From a virus (taxonomy: Duplodnaviria; Caudoviricetes), in IMG/VR virus record IMGVR_UViG_3300025571_000003, positions 1 to 60,237 of that record: a stretch of DNA of 60,237 nucleotides, one strand, 5' to 3'. Each line of letters opens with the position of its first letter. Within the stretch, counting starts at the first letter, position 1. Below the pieces are notes generated by a model. It saw nothing but the letters and a program-made list of their open reading frames with translations, did not search any database and had not been told where the DNA came from. Positions 46,203-57,185 of this stretch are shown one piece after another. Position numbers and translations under genes: made by a program.

Positions 46203-47674
46203 TTTACCATAACCTCAACAAAACCTTGTTCGCCGTCGAAGTCCTCAAGAGCAATGCCAATCACCGCGAGCGGTGAGGGGGAAGTGGCCGCCATGGCGTG
46301 ACCTGGCACGTTGCTGGTGACAAGGAAGTCACCCCGCCGAACACGGCCGACCACCTTGCAGGGCACGCGGCCCTTGAGGGCAAGCGGAGGATGCGTATCG
46401 TCAGTCCCGACCGGGTCATTCATCACAAGCCCGGCTTTTCTTGAGACGATGCCAGCCACGCGCTCATTGGCGATCTGGTCGGTCACCGTGACCTCGCAGC
46501 GGCCACCAATCACGAGCACGTCTCCGGCTTCGTAGACGGCGTCGGCGTGATAGCGTTCAGCGATGTCGGCACCGGTCGAGTAATAGACCCCGGCATTGAT
46601 GGAGCCATCGGCGTTGAACCGCTGCCTGTTCGTTCCCTGATGCGTGAACGTCAGGCTGGAGCCGTTGGAGGAGATTTCCCAGTCCGCGCCGATTTTCGTC
46701 CTGACTGTCTCCACCCGACCGGTGAACGAGGCATCCTTGCCGTGGAGCCAGTTGCTGATGTTGGCGGTCGCCGCTTGGAGAGCGCTTGCCTGGAAGACAT
46801 CTGCCTTGGCGGTTCCGGTACCGCTGATGGAAAGCCTGGAGGCTCCACCGAAGCGGAAGTTGAGACCGCTGCTACCTTCTTCCAGATACCACTCGTCGCC
46901 GAAATACCAACGCTCCATGGCGAGACGCGATGCCTCAAGCGTGCCATCGGGATAGACCGTCAGACGAGGGGTGTTTTCGAAGGACAGAACGAGGGAATTG
47001 TTCGGAAGGTGGCTGGCGGTCCAGGTCTTTCCCTGGGTGGTCAGGATGATCTGGGAGGCCAGGTTGGGATCGGCCAATGCGACATCGTCTGGAAGAACGT
47101 CGATCTGGGATGTCGAAAGGCGCTGGGAATTGACCACATCGGCTTCCAGGACATCGATCCGGCCTGAGGTAATGGCAATTTCATCCGCGTGGAACCGGTC
47201 AGCCGAAAACACTTCTGCCGAGATCGAGCGGGTCTTGATAGGCTCGAAGAATTCGAACCCGGTCGGGTGAGCGGTTGCCAGATGGATGCCCATGGCGGAG
47301 AAACGCATGCCGCCCGCCTCATCGACGGAAAGACCGGTGCCTGGCTTCGTTTCGAAGGTGATAGACGGCTCTTCGACGGTGCCGTTGTCGGCTTGAAGAT
47401 CGCCGCCGCGCATGACGAGGTCGCCGGTCATGATGCCGCCGCTCGACATGACAAAGTCACTCGTACCGCGCGAAACGCCTACCTTCTCCCACGCCCAGTC
47501 ATTACCGTTGGGGAGATAGACCTCGACAGCATCCGTGCCGGGGTTGTAACGAATTGATCCGACAAGAGGTTCGATGCCGGGAATGATGCCTTCAGAATCG
47601 GACGGAAGTGTCAGGTAATTTCCGAGAATGACAAGGCCGCCATCCGTGTCGCGCAGATCAATAACCTTCGCCAT
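46199..47674 (-). CDS. fibre protein with C-terminal peptidase-G2/intramolecular-chaperone-like domain
   Basis: G.IRYN, GG.MTG.L, ADIAERY...GDVLVIGG...LKGRVPCKVVG.V..GD.LV.S..PG.A. TAAATA at 47701. Confidence 0.75.
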   Translation of the reverse strand: MAKVIDLRDTDGGLVILGNYLTLPSDSEGIIPGIEPLVGSIRYNPGTDAVEVYLPNGNDWAWEKVGVSRGTSDFVMSSGGIMTGDLVMRGGDLQADNGTVEEPSITFETKPGTGLSVDEAGGMRFSAMGIHLATAHPTGFEFFEPIKTRSISAEVFSADRFHADEIAITSGRIDVLEADVVNSQRLSTSQIDVLPDDVALADPNLASQIILTTQGKTWTASHLPNNSLVLSFENTPRLTVYPDGTLEASRLAMERWYFGDEWYLEEGSSGLNFRFGGASRLSISGTGTAKADVFQASALQAATANISNWLHGKDASFTGRVETVRTKIGADWEISSNGSSLTFTHQGTNRQRFNADGSINAGVYYSTGADIAERYHADAVYEAGDVLVIGGRCEVTVTDQIANERVAGIVSRKAGLVMNDPVGTDDTHPPLALKGRVPCKVVGRVRRGDFLVTSNVPGHAMAATSPSPLAVIGIALEDFDGEQGFVEVMVK

Positions 47675-47725
47675 GAAGCAGTAAACCTTAATATTTCGAT
47701 TATTTATGCACCGTGAGACCTGCTG

Positions 47726-47757
47726 AAAAAGAAAAGGCGGCCCGAAGGCCGCCCCTT
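47726..47757 (-). terminator. rho-independent terminator
   Basis: GGCGG-CCTTCGGG-CCGCC then TTTTCTTTTT on the minus strand. Confidence 0.7.
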
Positions 47758-47774
47758 CCTGAGTTACGATCGAA

Positions 47775-49691
47775 TTACGCAGCGATGTACTCGATCATGA
47801 CGGTGGCCAAACCGACCGTTCCGGTTGCGGTCGCGATGATCTGAGTAGCGTTCGCGTAGTTCACGACACCCTCGACCACGTACATGCCAGTGGCGGTCTC
47901 GTCGATGTCGGCCGCAGCGACGACTGCGTCGCTGACGACGGCGTCACCGACGACGAGCTGACCGTCAAAGGCAGTAGTGATGACGACCTTGGTGCGCAGG
48001 ATGGTGCCCTTGATCTCCTCGCCGACATTGGTGGTCTTTCCGGCCTCCACGGTGGCGACGACGGTGCGCACCGCGCCAACCTGAGAAGCGCCGACAGAAG
48101 CGGCAACGGCATCGAGCTGGGACTTGTTGACCGCATCGGTCGGCTCGACACCCTCGGCGACGTTGGTGATGCGGGCCGACGAGACATCAACCGTGCCCTC
48201 TCCCTTCGGAGCAAGCTTCAGGGTGACATCCTCCTCGGTACCCTCACCGGCGAAGACAACGGCGCCTTCCTCCTTGGTGACCTTGACGGTCACGGCCTCC
48301 TCGGCGTCACCACCGATGTAGATGGCACCGTAGGTCTGTCCGACACCGGCCTTCAGGATGAGGTCACCAGCGACACCAGCCGCATTGTCACCACCGGCCA
48401 GGACGAGTGCATAGCCGTCGTCAGCCTGGATGACACCGTTCGAGCCGGTCTCGCCGACGATGACCTGGCCATTGCCCTGGGGGACAAGGCGGATGTCAAC
48501 GTCCGTGGCAGTCTCGGAAATGGCCTCAAAGCGGACCTCACCAGCCGTGCTGAGGTCGATCTCGAATGCGGAGTCCGTCGCCTCACCACCGACGATGGAG
48601 CCAACCTGGGTGCGGATGCCATCAACGTTGACCTTGAACTGAACGCCGGTGTTGTCGGCGCGCACCGAGGTCAGGCCGTCGAGCGAGACGATCTCGTCCT
48701 GGGTCAAGCCAGCGAGGTCGTCGGCGACCTCCTTAAGGGCTTCGTCGAGGAGTCCGATTGCGGACTTCAGCGAGGTCGCGGAATCGACATAGTTGCTGCC
48801 CTCGAACGCGGCGAATGAGCCATCTTCCTCAAGGCCAGCTCCGGTCAGCGCAGCGGCAACGGTCGTCTCAAGGTCGGTGACGCGCTCCTTGAACGCCTCA
48901 TCGAGATCAACGACAAAGCCGGTGTCGGATGATCCGGAGACGGTGATGAAGCCCTCCGTACCGGAGACAACCGAGTTGGTGTTGTCGATGATATCGACAC
49001 CGCCCGAGGTATTGAAGACAAGGCCGTCATTGCTGTTGGCATAGAACGGCGTGCCTTCCTCGCCGACCTTGAAGTAGCCACCGGTCGCGACCTTGTAGTA
49101 GGCACCCGAGTTGGTGGTGGCCAGGGTCGAAAGGTCAAAAGCCTCCTCCTCGGACTCACCACCGGCAACGGTGCCGACGTAAGCAAAGGCGTTACCGAGG
49201 TTCTGGATGGCGGTATCGACATAGAGCTTGGTCGCAGCGTCCGTGTCATCGACCGGGGCGCCAAGGTTTGTCAGGCGATAACCACCCATCGACTGGTCGC
49301 CAGTGAAGGCAACCGAACCGTCGTGGAGGATGGCCTTACCGAACTCGGTCTTGAGCGCAGCGTCGATCAGGGCGAGCGCGCTGGCAACCGAAGTGGCGTC
49401 ATCGAGGTAGTTGGTCTCCGAGAAAGGGATGAATTCACCGTTCTCCGACAGACCAACGGCGGTGTTGATGTTGTCGATCAGGCCAGACAGGCGAGTGTCG
49501 AGAGCATCCAGCTGGCCAAACGTGGCAACGTCGTTGGCTCCAACGCCGTCAGCCACCTGAAGGCGCATCAGCTCGTTCTGAGCGCTGATGAGCTTAAACA
49601 GACCCTCCTCGCTGACGACGCGGCCACCATTTTTACCAAATTGAACGTCAGAACCGACGCCAATAAGGCCGAAATTCTTGATAAAAGCCAT
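47775..49691 (-). CDS. virion fibre/whisker structural protein
   Basis: KNFG..GVGSDVQFGK.G N-terminus, DAATK.YVD and DAVNK.QLD neck motifs. Confidence 0.75.
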   Translation of the reverse strand: MAFIKNFGLIGVGSDVQFGKNGGRVVSEEGLFKLISAQNELMRLQVADGVGANDVATFGQLDALDTRLSGLIDNINTAVGLSENGEFIPFSETNYLDDATSVASALALIDAALKTEFGKAILHDGSVAFTGDQSMGGYRLTNLGAPVDDTDAATKLYVDTAIQNLGNAFAYVGTVAGGESEEEAFDLSTLATTNSGAYYKVATGGYFKVGEEGTPFYANSNDGLVFNTSGGVDIIDNTNSVVSGTEGFITVSGSSDTGFVVDLDEAFKERVTDLETTVAAALTGAGLEEDGSFAAFEGSNYVDSATSLKSAIGLLDEALKEVADDLAGLTQDEIVSLDGLTSVRADNTGVQFKVNVDGIRTQVGSIVGGEATDSAFEIDLSTAGEVRFEAISETATDVDIRLVPQGNGQVIVGETGSNGVIQADDGYALVLAGGDNAAGVAGDLILKAGVGQTYGAIYIGGDAEEAVTVKVTKEEGAVVFAGEGTEEDVTLKLAPKGEGTVDVSSARITNVAEGVEPTDAVNKSQLDAVAASVGASQVGAVRTVVATVEAGKTTNVGEEIKGTILRTKVVITTAFDGQLVVGDAVVSDAVVAAADIDETATGMYVVEGVVNYANATQIIATATGTVGLATVMIEYIAA

Positions 49692-49839
49692 ATAAAACGC
49701 TCCTTATGTTATGTGTTGTGCAAAAAGCGGCAATGCAGACTAGAAAAATCGCGTGACGAACAAACGCCACGCGATTAGAGGATATGTCTGCCCGCCGATA
49801 ATATTTACGTGCCAGTCTGAGACATTAAAATATGTTATC

Positions 49840-51801
49840 TCAGCTGTAGCTTATAGAGATCAAAGCTCGACCGGTTGTTGCTGTTGTCTGCAAACTGTAT
49901 TCGACATTTATGTCGGCCATTCGCGTGAATACGTGTGACGGGGTGGTCGTGTATTCTCCAACCACCGACAGGTCGTTCTGATCCTCGGGCATCAGTACAA
50001 AGCCATCGTCGGAAAGGACTGAAAGGGTCGTATCCGCATCGAACGGCTCGATCACCGAGACAACCACGCGATTGACGCGAGTGTTTCCGCTGATCTCCCC
50101 GATAATACCGGTCGGGTCGGAATCGTGTGCGATTTCGATGCTGATCGTCTTGGCGTCCGTTCTTGCAGACTCCTCGGTCGAAACGATCTCCCAGTTACTA
50201 CCGTCGAACAGGAAAAGACCCCACTCGCCATCGCCCTTGTCGAGAACGAAAGCCATGTCTCCAATGACCGGGGCAAGCGCCTCCATGTTCGCGATGCTCG
50301 GAAGTACCGTCGTGCTGGCGGAGCGAAGGCCCTGCTCTATGTAGAGAGCCGCCGCCTTGGTGCCGTTTTCGGCCGAGACGAGGCCAAAGTCGGTGGTCAC
50401 CGTGCCAGTCACGTCGAGCAGATTGATTGCCCGAGCATCGATGGCCGTCAGCAAGACCTTTCCACCCGTCGAGGCGGGCGTGGACAGCGGTAGACCGGAG
50501 CCGGAGTTTGGACCGGCGAACGGGATGCCGTCTATGTCCGGGGTGACGTTGACGATGGTGATTGGGCCGCCCGTAGCGTGCGTCAGAACAAGGCGGTTGG
50601 TCTCGGTGGAGGCTGTGATGCCTGGGATGTTGGCCGCGTTGATGTCCGCAGCCATATCTTCTTCAAGAGCATAGGGAGCGCCATAGAGAGCCATGCCTCT
50701 GGTGTTCGTCGCGAAGGTGACGGACACGCCGTTGATAGTCGCGACGGCATACGGGCCGCCGCTGGGGGCATTCAGGGCAGGCTCACCGAGAGCCATGGAG
50801 AGGCTCGTCTTGACCACCGTAGGAGAGGGAAGGGACGAGGCCGTGACGCCATGAAACGATGTCCCGGCATTCACCGCGTCGATGAGATCGTTCGTGGAAC
50901 CGGAGCCGCCCACCGTCACCGGTACGCCATTGATTTTGAAGACGCTTCCCGGCGTTGTCGTCGCATCCACAACAGTCGATTCAACCCAGGACTGGGTATA
51001 CTCGCGCAGCTTGATCATGACGGGCTTTCCACCCGGCGTTGTCGTCAGGCCACCGGGGACGGAGTCGTCTGAGTAGATGATGCTGCCGACCCTGCCGACC
51101 AGGCTGTCAAAGTTGATCACCTTCTGGAGTGGATTGATCGCGAAGCTGTGGGGGCTGTTCACATGTGAAACGGTCCCGACGATGTACGGATCGCGAGCCG
51201 TCGTCAGGGTGAACTTTCCCGTCTCGGCATCTACCGAGACGAGCTGATCGACGGAGAACCCGTGGTTTTCCTGTTCCAGGAAAAAAGCAACGCTTTGCTC
51301 TTGGTTCTGGAAACGGGACATCAGGTTGGCGAAGAAGGCCGCACCGACGCCATCGGCCGGGATCGGATCAACGACAGGAAGGCCAGATTCGTTGAGGTTG
51401 AAGATCAGAGCATTGGCCGGTGTCGGGAAGATACCTGAACCAAACCCGGTCTGATCGCGGTGTGTGTTGTAGCGCAGGAAATCCTCCACCACACAGGTGA
51501 TGCTCGTCTCCGTCTTCGCCAGCACCTGAACGATCTTCAGAGCCACGCCAGTCTGTTGGTGGGCAATCCAGTCTCCTGGGTGCACATCGAGACCGTTGAA
51601 GACGTACGGCTGCCGCGTCCGATGATTGGAATGGCCTTGAGGGGTCACAGTGGCGGTCAACACCCATTGATAATCGACGGGTGAGGCGCCACCGGACCAG
51701 AAGGGGTCGCCCGTGCCGTCGTCGTGCGGCCACTTGGAGTGGCCGACGACACTGCTAACGGCGCAGAACAGGACCTTAGCCGGTAGATCAAGGTATCTCA
51801 T
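49840..51801 (-). CDS. virion structural protein
   Basis: 653 aa, beta-rich. C-terminal domain similar to that of 47775-49691. Confidence 0.7.
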   Translation of the reverse strand: MRYLDLPAKVLFCAVSSVVGHSKWPHDDGTGDPFWSGGASPVDYQWVLTATVTPQGHSNHRTRQPYVFNGLDVHPGDWIAHQQTGVALKIVQVLAKTETSITCVVEDFLRYNTHRDQTGFGSGIFPTPANALIFNLNESGLPVVDPIPADGVGAAFFANLMSRFQNQEQSVAFFLEQENHGFSVDQLVSVDAETGKFTLTTARDPYIVGTVSHVNSPHSFAINPLQKVINFDSLVGRVGSIIYSDDSVPGGLTTTPGGKPVMIKLREYTQSWVESTVVDATTTPGSVFKINGVPVTVGGSGSTNDLIDAVNAGTSFHGVTASSLPSPTVVKTSLSMALGEPALNAPSGGPYAVATINGVSVTFATNTRGMALYGAPYALEEDMAADINAANIPGITASTETNRLVLTHATGGPITIVNVTPDIDGIPFAGPNSGSGLPLSTPASTGGKVLLTAIDARAINLLDVTGTVTTDFGLVSAENGTKAAALYIEQGLRSASTTVLPSIANMEALAPVIGDMAFVLDKGDGEWGLFLFDGSNWEIVSTEESARTDAKTISIEIAHDSDPTGIIGEISGNTRVNRVVVSVIEPFDADTTLSVLSDDGFVLMPEDQNDLSVVGEYTTTPSHVFTRMADINVEYSLQTTATTGRALISISYS

Positions 51802-51807
51802 CGGCCA

Positions 51808-54800
51808 TCACCACTTGAAGATGATGGCGCAATGAGCACGCTGGCCGAGACCGGCCCCCGCTCCGGTGTCCTCCATACGGAGCTGGATTGTGTAGTCCGT
51901 GAACTCCGTCATAAAGGTCGGGTTGTCGGCCGTGCCTCCACCAGAGAACTTCGTGGTGGCAAAAAGACCAGTCACGACGTTCTTGTAGATGAACTGGTTC
52001 GTCTGGTAGTGCTGGCCCATGACAGCAATGGAGGACGGCGGACGCGTCTTGCCCGTGAAGTTGAACTTCACGATGCAGTTGTCGCCATCGAGGACTTCGA
52101 CTTCGACGCCAGGAGTCTTCGACTTGACATTGTCTCCGCTGCTGAAGTTGCCGGACGCTCCAGGAGAGTAACGGAAGACGACGATTTCCTCGTTGGAGTC
52201 GCCACCAGGGATGTTGACGGTCGCCACCCCGCTCTCGTTCGTGACGGTCACACCGGGACCGGTGAAGTTGATGGCTGTTGGAGCCGCAACGACCTGGGTG
52301 CCGTCCTTCTCGACCGGGGTGGAAGCGCCACCGGAGCCACCGGCAGCCGCGATGGTGATCTCATCGGCGGTCTCGGAGATCGTAACGTTGGCACCTGCCC
52401 GGATCGTCTTGAACCGGAGATCGGCACCCACCTTCTCGGAGAAGACATGACCCTCGCCGGAACCGACGTTGGACGCCGTGGTGGTCTCGCCAGCCTCGGG
52501 GGCGTCGATCCAGGCGAATCCAGTACCGGTTTCATTCATCGCCATGACCTGGCCCGCCAAACCAAGGGGGATGGCATCCTGCTTGGTGGAGAGAGCCGAG
52601 GTCAGCTCGGGATGCGTCACAAAGTCAGAGTCGTCCACCAGATCACTGATGGCGCCGGGGATCATCGGCTTGTCCGTGAGGTCGTTGTACGAGCCGCTTG
52701 TGGCAACCGGCGCAAGACCAGTGATGTCCGAGGCCGAGGCCTGTTCGCCAGCGATCACGCGGCCGTGGGCATCGACCATGACCTTGCTGTAGCTACCAGC
52801 CGACACGCCGGTCTCTGACAGGGCGATAGAGAATGTGCCGCTCTCGGTGACCGGCGAGCCCGTGATGACGAAGTCGCTCGTGCCGACAAGACCGACAGAG
52901 GTGACCGTGCCAGAGCCACCACCGCTGACCGGGGCGCCGTTCGACGCCGAGGTGATGCGGCCGAACTCGTCAACCGTGATGGTGGCATAGGAGTAGGTTC
53001 CGGCGACGACGCCAGTTTCCTCAAGTTCGGTGTTGATCTGAACGTCCTGCGAGCCATCGAACGTGACGGAGCCAGACACTGGACCGGCGAGCGTGATGGT
53101 GTGGGCCGTCGTGAGCTTTTCGGCCTCGCTCGCCGTGCCAGCCAGTTTGCCGTAGAAGGTGTCAGCCTCCACGTCACCGAGGACGAGCGAGCCTTCCTCT
53201 CCCACGTATGAGCCCCAGCGGTTGTTGTTCGTATTGTAGAACCAGTTGGCGGTAAGGCTCTCAGTCGGAACCTGCATACCGATGAAATCGGTCTCCTCGC
53301 CGGTGACAGTCAGAAGACCGTTGACGACCGTATCGTCGTTGAAGGTCTTCTTGCCGTTGACAATCTGATCCGTTGTCAGATCGACGTAGTCATTTGGCAT
53401 GATCGGCTTGTTGATGAGGTCGTTGTAATCACCCGAGAACGCGATATCTGCGAAGTTGAGCTTCTCTCCAGCGGTGACACGACCCTTGGCATCAACCACA
53501 ACCGAATTGTACTCGCCGGGGACAACGCCGGTGTCGGTCAGCGCCAGGCCAATTGTGCCGTTCTCTGTGATAGGCGAACCTGTGACCTCGATGTCGGCTG
53601 ACCCCTCGACAGCGATAGAGGTGACCGTGCCCGCACCAGCCGTGTTGCTGGAAATGGCCGTAACGCGTCCCGTCTCATCGACAGTGACAGTCGCATAGTG
53701 ATACTCACCGGGTGTGACGCCGGAGGCACTGGCCTTGATCCTGATCTGGTCGGCTTCCTCAGTGATGTCGATGCCGTCTCCAGCAACGAGGCTGCGCAGC
53801 TTGATCTCGCCCGCTTCAGTCTCCTTGTAGACGCCAGCACCGGAGCCGACGTTGACGAAAACGTCCGAGGTGGCCGTCCCGGTGGACGCAGCGATGACGC
53901 GACCATGGGCATCGACCGTGATGGTCGCATTCGTGTAGGTACCAGCCGCGACTCCGGTCTCGTCGAGCGAGACCGTCACAACATCGGTTCCCTGCGTGAC
54001 GACAACGCCGTTGTTGCCGTCGATCGAGCGGAAGTTGAACTCTTCGCCGGTCTTGTCGCGATAGACGTGGGCACCCGAGCCGACGTTCTTGGCTGTGACC
54101 GGGCTGGAGGAGATTGCGGTGATACGACCGAACTCATCGACTGTGACAACCGCAGACGAATAGGTACCAGCGCTGACGCCGGTCGTTTCGAGGCCGATCA
54201 CGAACTGGCCGCTATCGACAATCGGGCCACCGGATACGGTAATGCCGTTTTCACCGACAGCATCGACCATCGTAACCGTGCCGTTGCCAGGCTGAGAGGC
54301 ACCGGGGACAAGGCCAACGATGCGACCGAACTCGTCGATGGTGATGGAGGCAGGCGAGTAGCTACCAGCCGTGACACCAGACGGGGCAAGGGCAACGTTC
54401 ACGACACCGCCATCGGTCGTGACGGCGATACCTTCGCCAGCCTCGATCGCAGTGATGGCGTCAGAGCTGATCACGACCTCGTCCGTACCCTGGGTGACAG
54501 TGACGGCACCCTCGCCACGGAGGCTGCGGACCTGGAGCGTGGTTCCGACCTTTCCCTTGTAGATGCTCGCGCCGGTGCCGACCGAGGACAGTGTGTTGGC
54601 CTCTCCGAGCACGTTCGAGGTGATCGAGGTGATACGACCGGTCGAGTCAACGAAGATGGTCGGAGCCGTGTAGGTACCTGGGGTGATACCAGTATCTGAC
54701 AGGCGGACAATGAATTCACCGGTGGAGGTGATCGGGCCACCGGTCGCGATGATGCCGTTCTGACCGCTGATGCCGATGCTGGTGACGGCGTTGCCGCTCA

Positions 54801-57147
54801 GAATGATCTCGTTGTCATTGGAGGTGACGGTGACAACGCCCGAGCCACGGATGCTCTTGAAGCGGAGACCGTCGCCCAGCACGTCCTTGAACACGCCATG
54901 ACCGGCGCCGAGGTTGATACCGCCAGAGACAGTTGAGCCGCTGAGACCGATGGTGACGTTGTCGTTGCCGTCGGTCGTGACCGAGAACTTGTCGTCGAAT
55001 GTGATCGACTTCACGCTCTCCGAAACCGCGTTGATGGCGTGAGCCGAAAAGATGGCCGGGTTGAGAGCCGTGATGACGACCTCATCGACTTCTTCGCCCT
55101 GCGCAACTGTCGCATTCGACACCTTGATGGTGTTCACGCCTTCGATGGACGTGGAGCCATCAGTGACAGCGAGCCTCGACGGAGGATCGATAGTGATGAC
55201 GGCACCGCCATTTGGGGCCTCCTCGACCGTCGCACCCACGATGTCGAGGTAGTTGACCTCTGTGGCGACTTCCGTGCCATTCGAGAGAACCGAGAGAGGC
55301 GAGGGGACCTCGATGTCGATGGAGACGCGACCGGCTCCATCAACGGTCAGGCTGCCATTGGTGAAGGTGATCTCGCGGGCAGACGCCAGGGCGCCGTCCT
55401 TGTCGCGGACCCGCATCTCAGGGATGTTGACCACCGCCTTGCGGTCGTCTCCATCCGGGTGGGTGACATCAACGTTGCCGGTGAAGACGAAGTCCTTGGC
55501 GTTCTGGACGACAGCGCCGTTCTCGTCATGGACGGCAATGGGGTCTGCGACGCCAGGCGCCAGCGAAATATCGACTGTCCCGGCGACGGCAGAGTTGACC
55601 GCGAACTGGTTGCCGAAGCGGATTTCGGCCGTGCCATTGAACTGCTGCGGGACATCGACGTTGTCCTCGTTGAAGCCGGACACGGAGAGAGGCGAAGTAG
55701 CCTCGATGGTGATGGTGTTGTCGTCCTCGGTGATGGTGATGTTGTCACCGGCGACGATGGAGCGGAACTCAAGAACGTCACCCGTCTTGCCAGCGTAGAC
55801 TCCCGCGCCGTTGCCCAGGTTGTTGCCCGTGTTGACCTCGCCTACCGAGCCGTTCGAGGCGGCAATAATGCGGCCCTGCTCGTCAACAGTGATGGTGGCA
55901 GCGGTGTAGGTTCCGGCGACAACACCAGTGTCGCTCAAGGAAATGTCGAACGTACCGGAGTTGGTTATCGGGCCGCCCGTGACGACGACACCCTTGCTAC
56001 CAACGGCGTTCACGCTGGACACATATGGCGTGGACGAGATGACCACCTCACTCGGGGTCGAGGTGATCTGGATGCCACCAGAGCCGACAATGGTTTTGAA
56101 GCGAAGATCGGTTCCTTCCTTGCGGGCGAAGAGACCTTCGCCGATGCCGATATTGGACGCGGTATTGGCCTCACCCCACGGCTCCATCGAGGCGGCGACG
56201 ACACGGCCGAACTCGTCAACCTGCACGAAGTTGTAGGAACCGGCGGCAACGCCGGTCGGCGCAAGGGCAATGTTGTAGGAGCCGGACGAAGTAATGGGCG
56301 TTCCTGACAGGGAGATACCTGGACCTGCCGTCAGCTCGACATGTGTGACTGCATCGGCGCGGATGGTGATCTCGTCATCTGTCGAGGAAATCGTGGCGAC
56401 ACCCTCGGCCTTGATCGTCTTGAACTGGAAATCAACTCCGTCCTTCTTGGCGAAGACGGGCTCTCCGTCGCCGAGGTTGGAGGCAGTATTCGTCTCGCCG
56501 ACCGGAGTGGACGAGGCAGAGGTGATACGACCCGTGGAATCAACGGTGATCGTCGCGGCGGTGTAGGTACCGGGAGTGACGCCAGTATCGATGAGCGAGA
56601 CCGTGACGGTTCCGGTCTCGGTGATCGGGGCGCCGGTGGCGAGGATTCCGTTCTCACCGACGACATTGACGGAACGGACCGTACCCTGGGAGATCGTCCG
56701 CCACTCCAGGTTCACGCCGTTAAAGACGAGTACGGAGTTCTGGACGGTCGGGGCATAGAGGAACTCAAGACGGCCGTCATGGGTACCCATGAGCAGGCCA
56801 TTTCCGACGATGCGATCCGGCGCCTCGGAGAGTTGCAGGAAAGACATCGTCTGGGTGTTGGAATTAGAGATGATGGTGATCGTATCGAGGTCCTCGATGA
56901 ACTCGATACCAGGACCGGCGATAAGCGAGCGGAACTCCAGAACCACGTCCGAAGAGCCGTTGACGCCGGAATAGAGACCAGAGCCCGTGCCGATATTGCG
57001 ACCCTGCACGGTCATGACACCGTATTGCGGCTGCGTCGTAGTGGAGGACTGACCCGACCCAGCGACAACGCCGGTGTTGATCTCCTCTCCCTTGAGGTAA
57101 ACCTTACCTGTTCCTTCCTGGACGCGCCCGTTCTCAATGCTTGGCAT
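51808..57147 (-). CDS. giant repetitive fibre protein (about 1780 aa)
   Basis: 11 copies of (T/S)G(V/I)..G.Y....(V/I)D..GR and about 9 copies of N.G.G..(F/Y)....L.F(K/R)(S/T)I. TAAATA at 57175. Confidence 0.85.
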   Translation of the reverse strand: MPSIENGRVQEGTGKVYLKGEEINTGVVAGSGQSSTTTQPQYGVMTVQGRNIGTGSGLYSGVNGSSDVVLEFRSLIAGPGIEFIEDLDTITIISNSNTQTMSFLQLSEAPDRIVGNGLLMGTHDGRLEFLYAPTVQNSVLVFNGVNLEWRTISQGTVRSVNVVGENGILATGAPITETGTVTVSLIDTGVTPGTYTAATITVDSTGRITSASSTPVGETNTASNLGDGEPVFAKKDGVDFQFKTIKAEGVATISSTDDEITIRADAVTHVELTAGPGISLSGTPITSSGSYNIALAPTGVAAGSYNFVQVDEFGRVVAASMEPWGEANTASNIGIGEGLFARKEGTDLRFKTIVGSGGIQITSTPSEVVISSTPYVSSVNAVGSKGVVVTGGPITNSGTFDISLSDTGVVAGTYTAATITVDEQGRIIAASNGSVGEVNTGNNLGNGAGVYAGKTGDVLEFRSIVAGDNITITEDDNTITIEATSPLSVSGFNEDNVDVPQQFNGTAEIRFGNQFAVNSAVAGTVDISLAPGVADPIAVHDENGAVVQNAKDFVFTGNVDVTHPDGDDRKAVVNIPEMRVRDKDGALASAREITFTNGSLTVDGAGRVSIDIEVPSPLSVLSNGTEVATEVNYLDIVGATVEEAPNGGAVITIDPPSRLAVTDGSTSIEGVNTIKVSNATVAQGEEVDEVVITALNPAIFSAHAINAVSESVKSITFDDKFSVTTDGNDNVTIGLSGSTVSGGINLGAGHGVFKDVLGDGLRFKSIRGSGVVTVTSNDNEIILSGNAVTSIGISGQNGIIATGGPITSTGEFIVRLSDTGITPGTYTAPTIFVDSTGRITSITSNVLGEANTLSSVGTGASIYKGKVGTTLQVRSLRGEGAVTVTQGTDEVVISSDAITAIEAGEGIAVTTDGGVVNVALAPSGVTAGSYSPASITIDEFGRIVGLVPGASQPGNGTVTMVDAVGENGITVSGGPIVDSGQFVIGLETTGVSAGTYSSAVVTVDEFGRITAISSSPVTAKNVGSGAHVYRDKTGEEFNFRSIDGNNGVVVTQGTDVVTVSLDETGVAAGTYTNATITVDAHGRVIAASTGTATSDVFVNVGSGAGVYKETEAGEIKLRSLVAGDGIDITEEADQIRIKASASGVTPGEYHYATVTVDETGRVTAISSNTAGAGTVTSIAVEGSADIEVTGSPITENGTIGLALTDTGVVPGEYNSVVVDAKGRVTAGEKLNFADIAFSGDYNDLINKPIMPNDYVDLTTDQIVNGKKTFNDDTVVNGLLTVTGEETDFIGMQVPTESLTANWFYNTNNNRWGSYVGEEGSLVLGDVEADTFYGKLAGTASEAEKLTTAHTITLAGPVSGSVTFDGSQDVQINTELEETGVVAGTYSYATITVDEFGRITSASNGAPVSGGGSGTVTSVGLVGTSDFVITGSPVTESGTFSIALSETGVSAGSYSKVMVDAHGRVIAGEQASASDITGLAPVATSGSYNDLTDKPMIPGAISDLVDDSDFVTHPELTSALSTKQDAIPLGLAGQVMAMNETGTGFAWIDAPEAGETTTASNVGSGEGHVFSEKVGADLRFKTIRAGANVTISETADEITIAAAGGSGGASTPVEKDGTQVVAAPTAINFTGPGVTVTNESGVATVNIPGGDSNEEIVVFRYSPGASGNFSSGDNVKSKTPGVEVEVLDGDNCIVKFNFTGKTRPPSSIAVMGQHYQTNQFIYKNVVTGLFATTKFSGGGTADNPTFMTEFTDYTIQLRMEDTGAGAGLGQRAHCAIIFKW

Positions 57148-57185
57148 AGCAATCACCCCAAAAATAGTTTGAGGTATTTATCGGG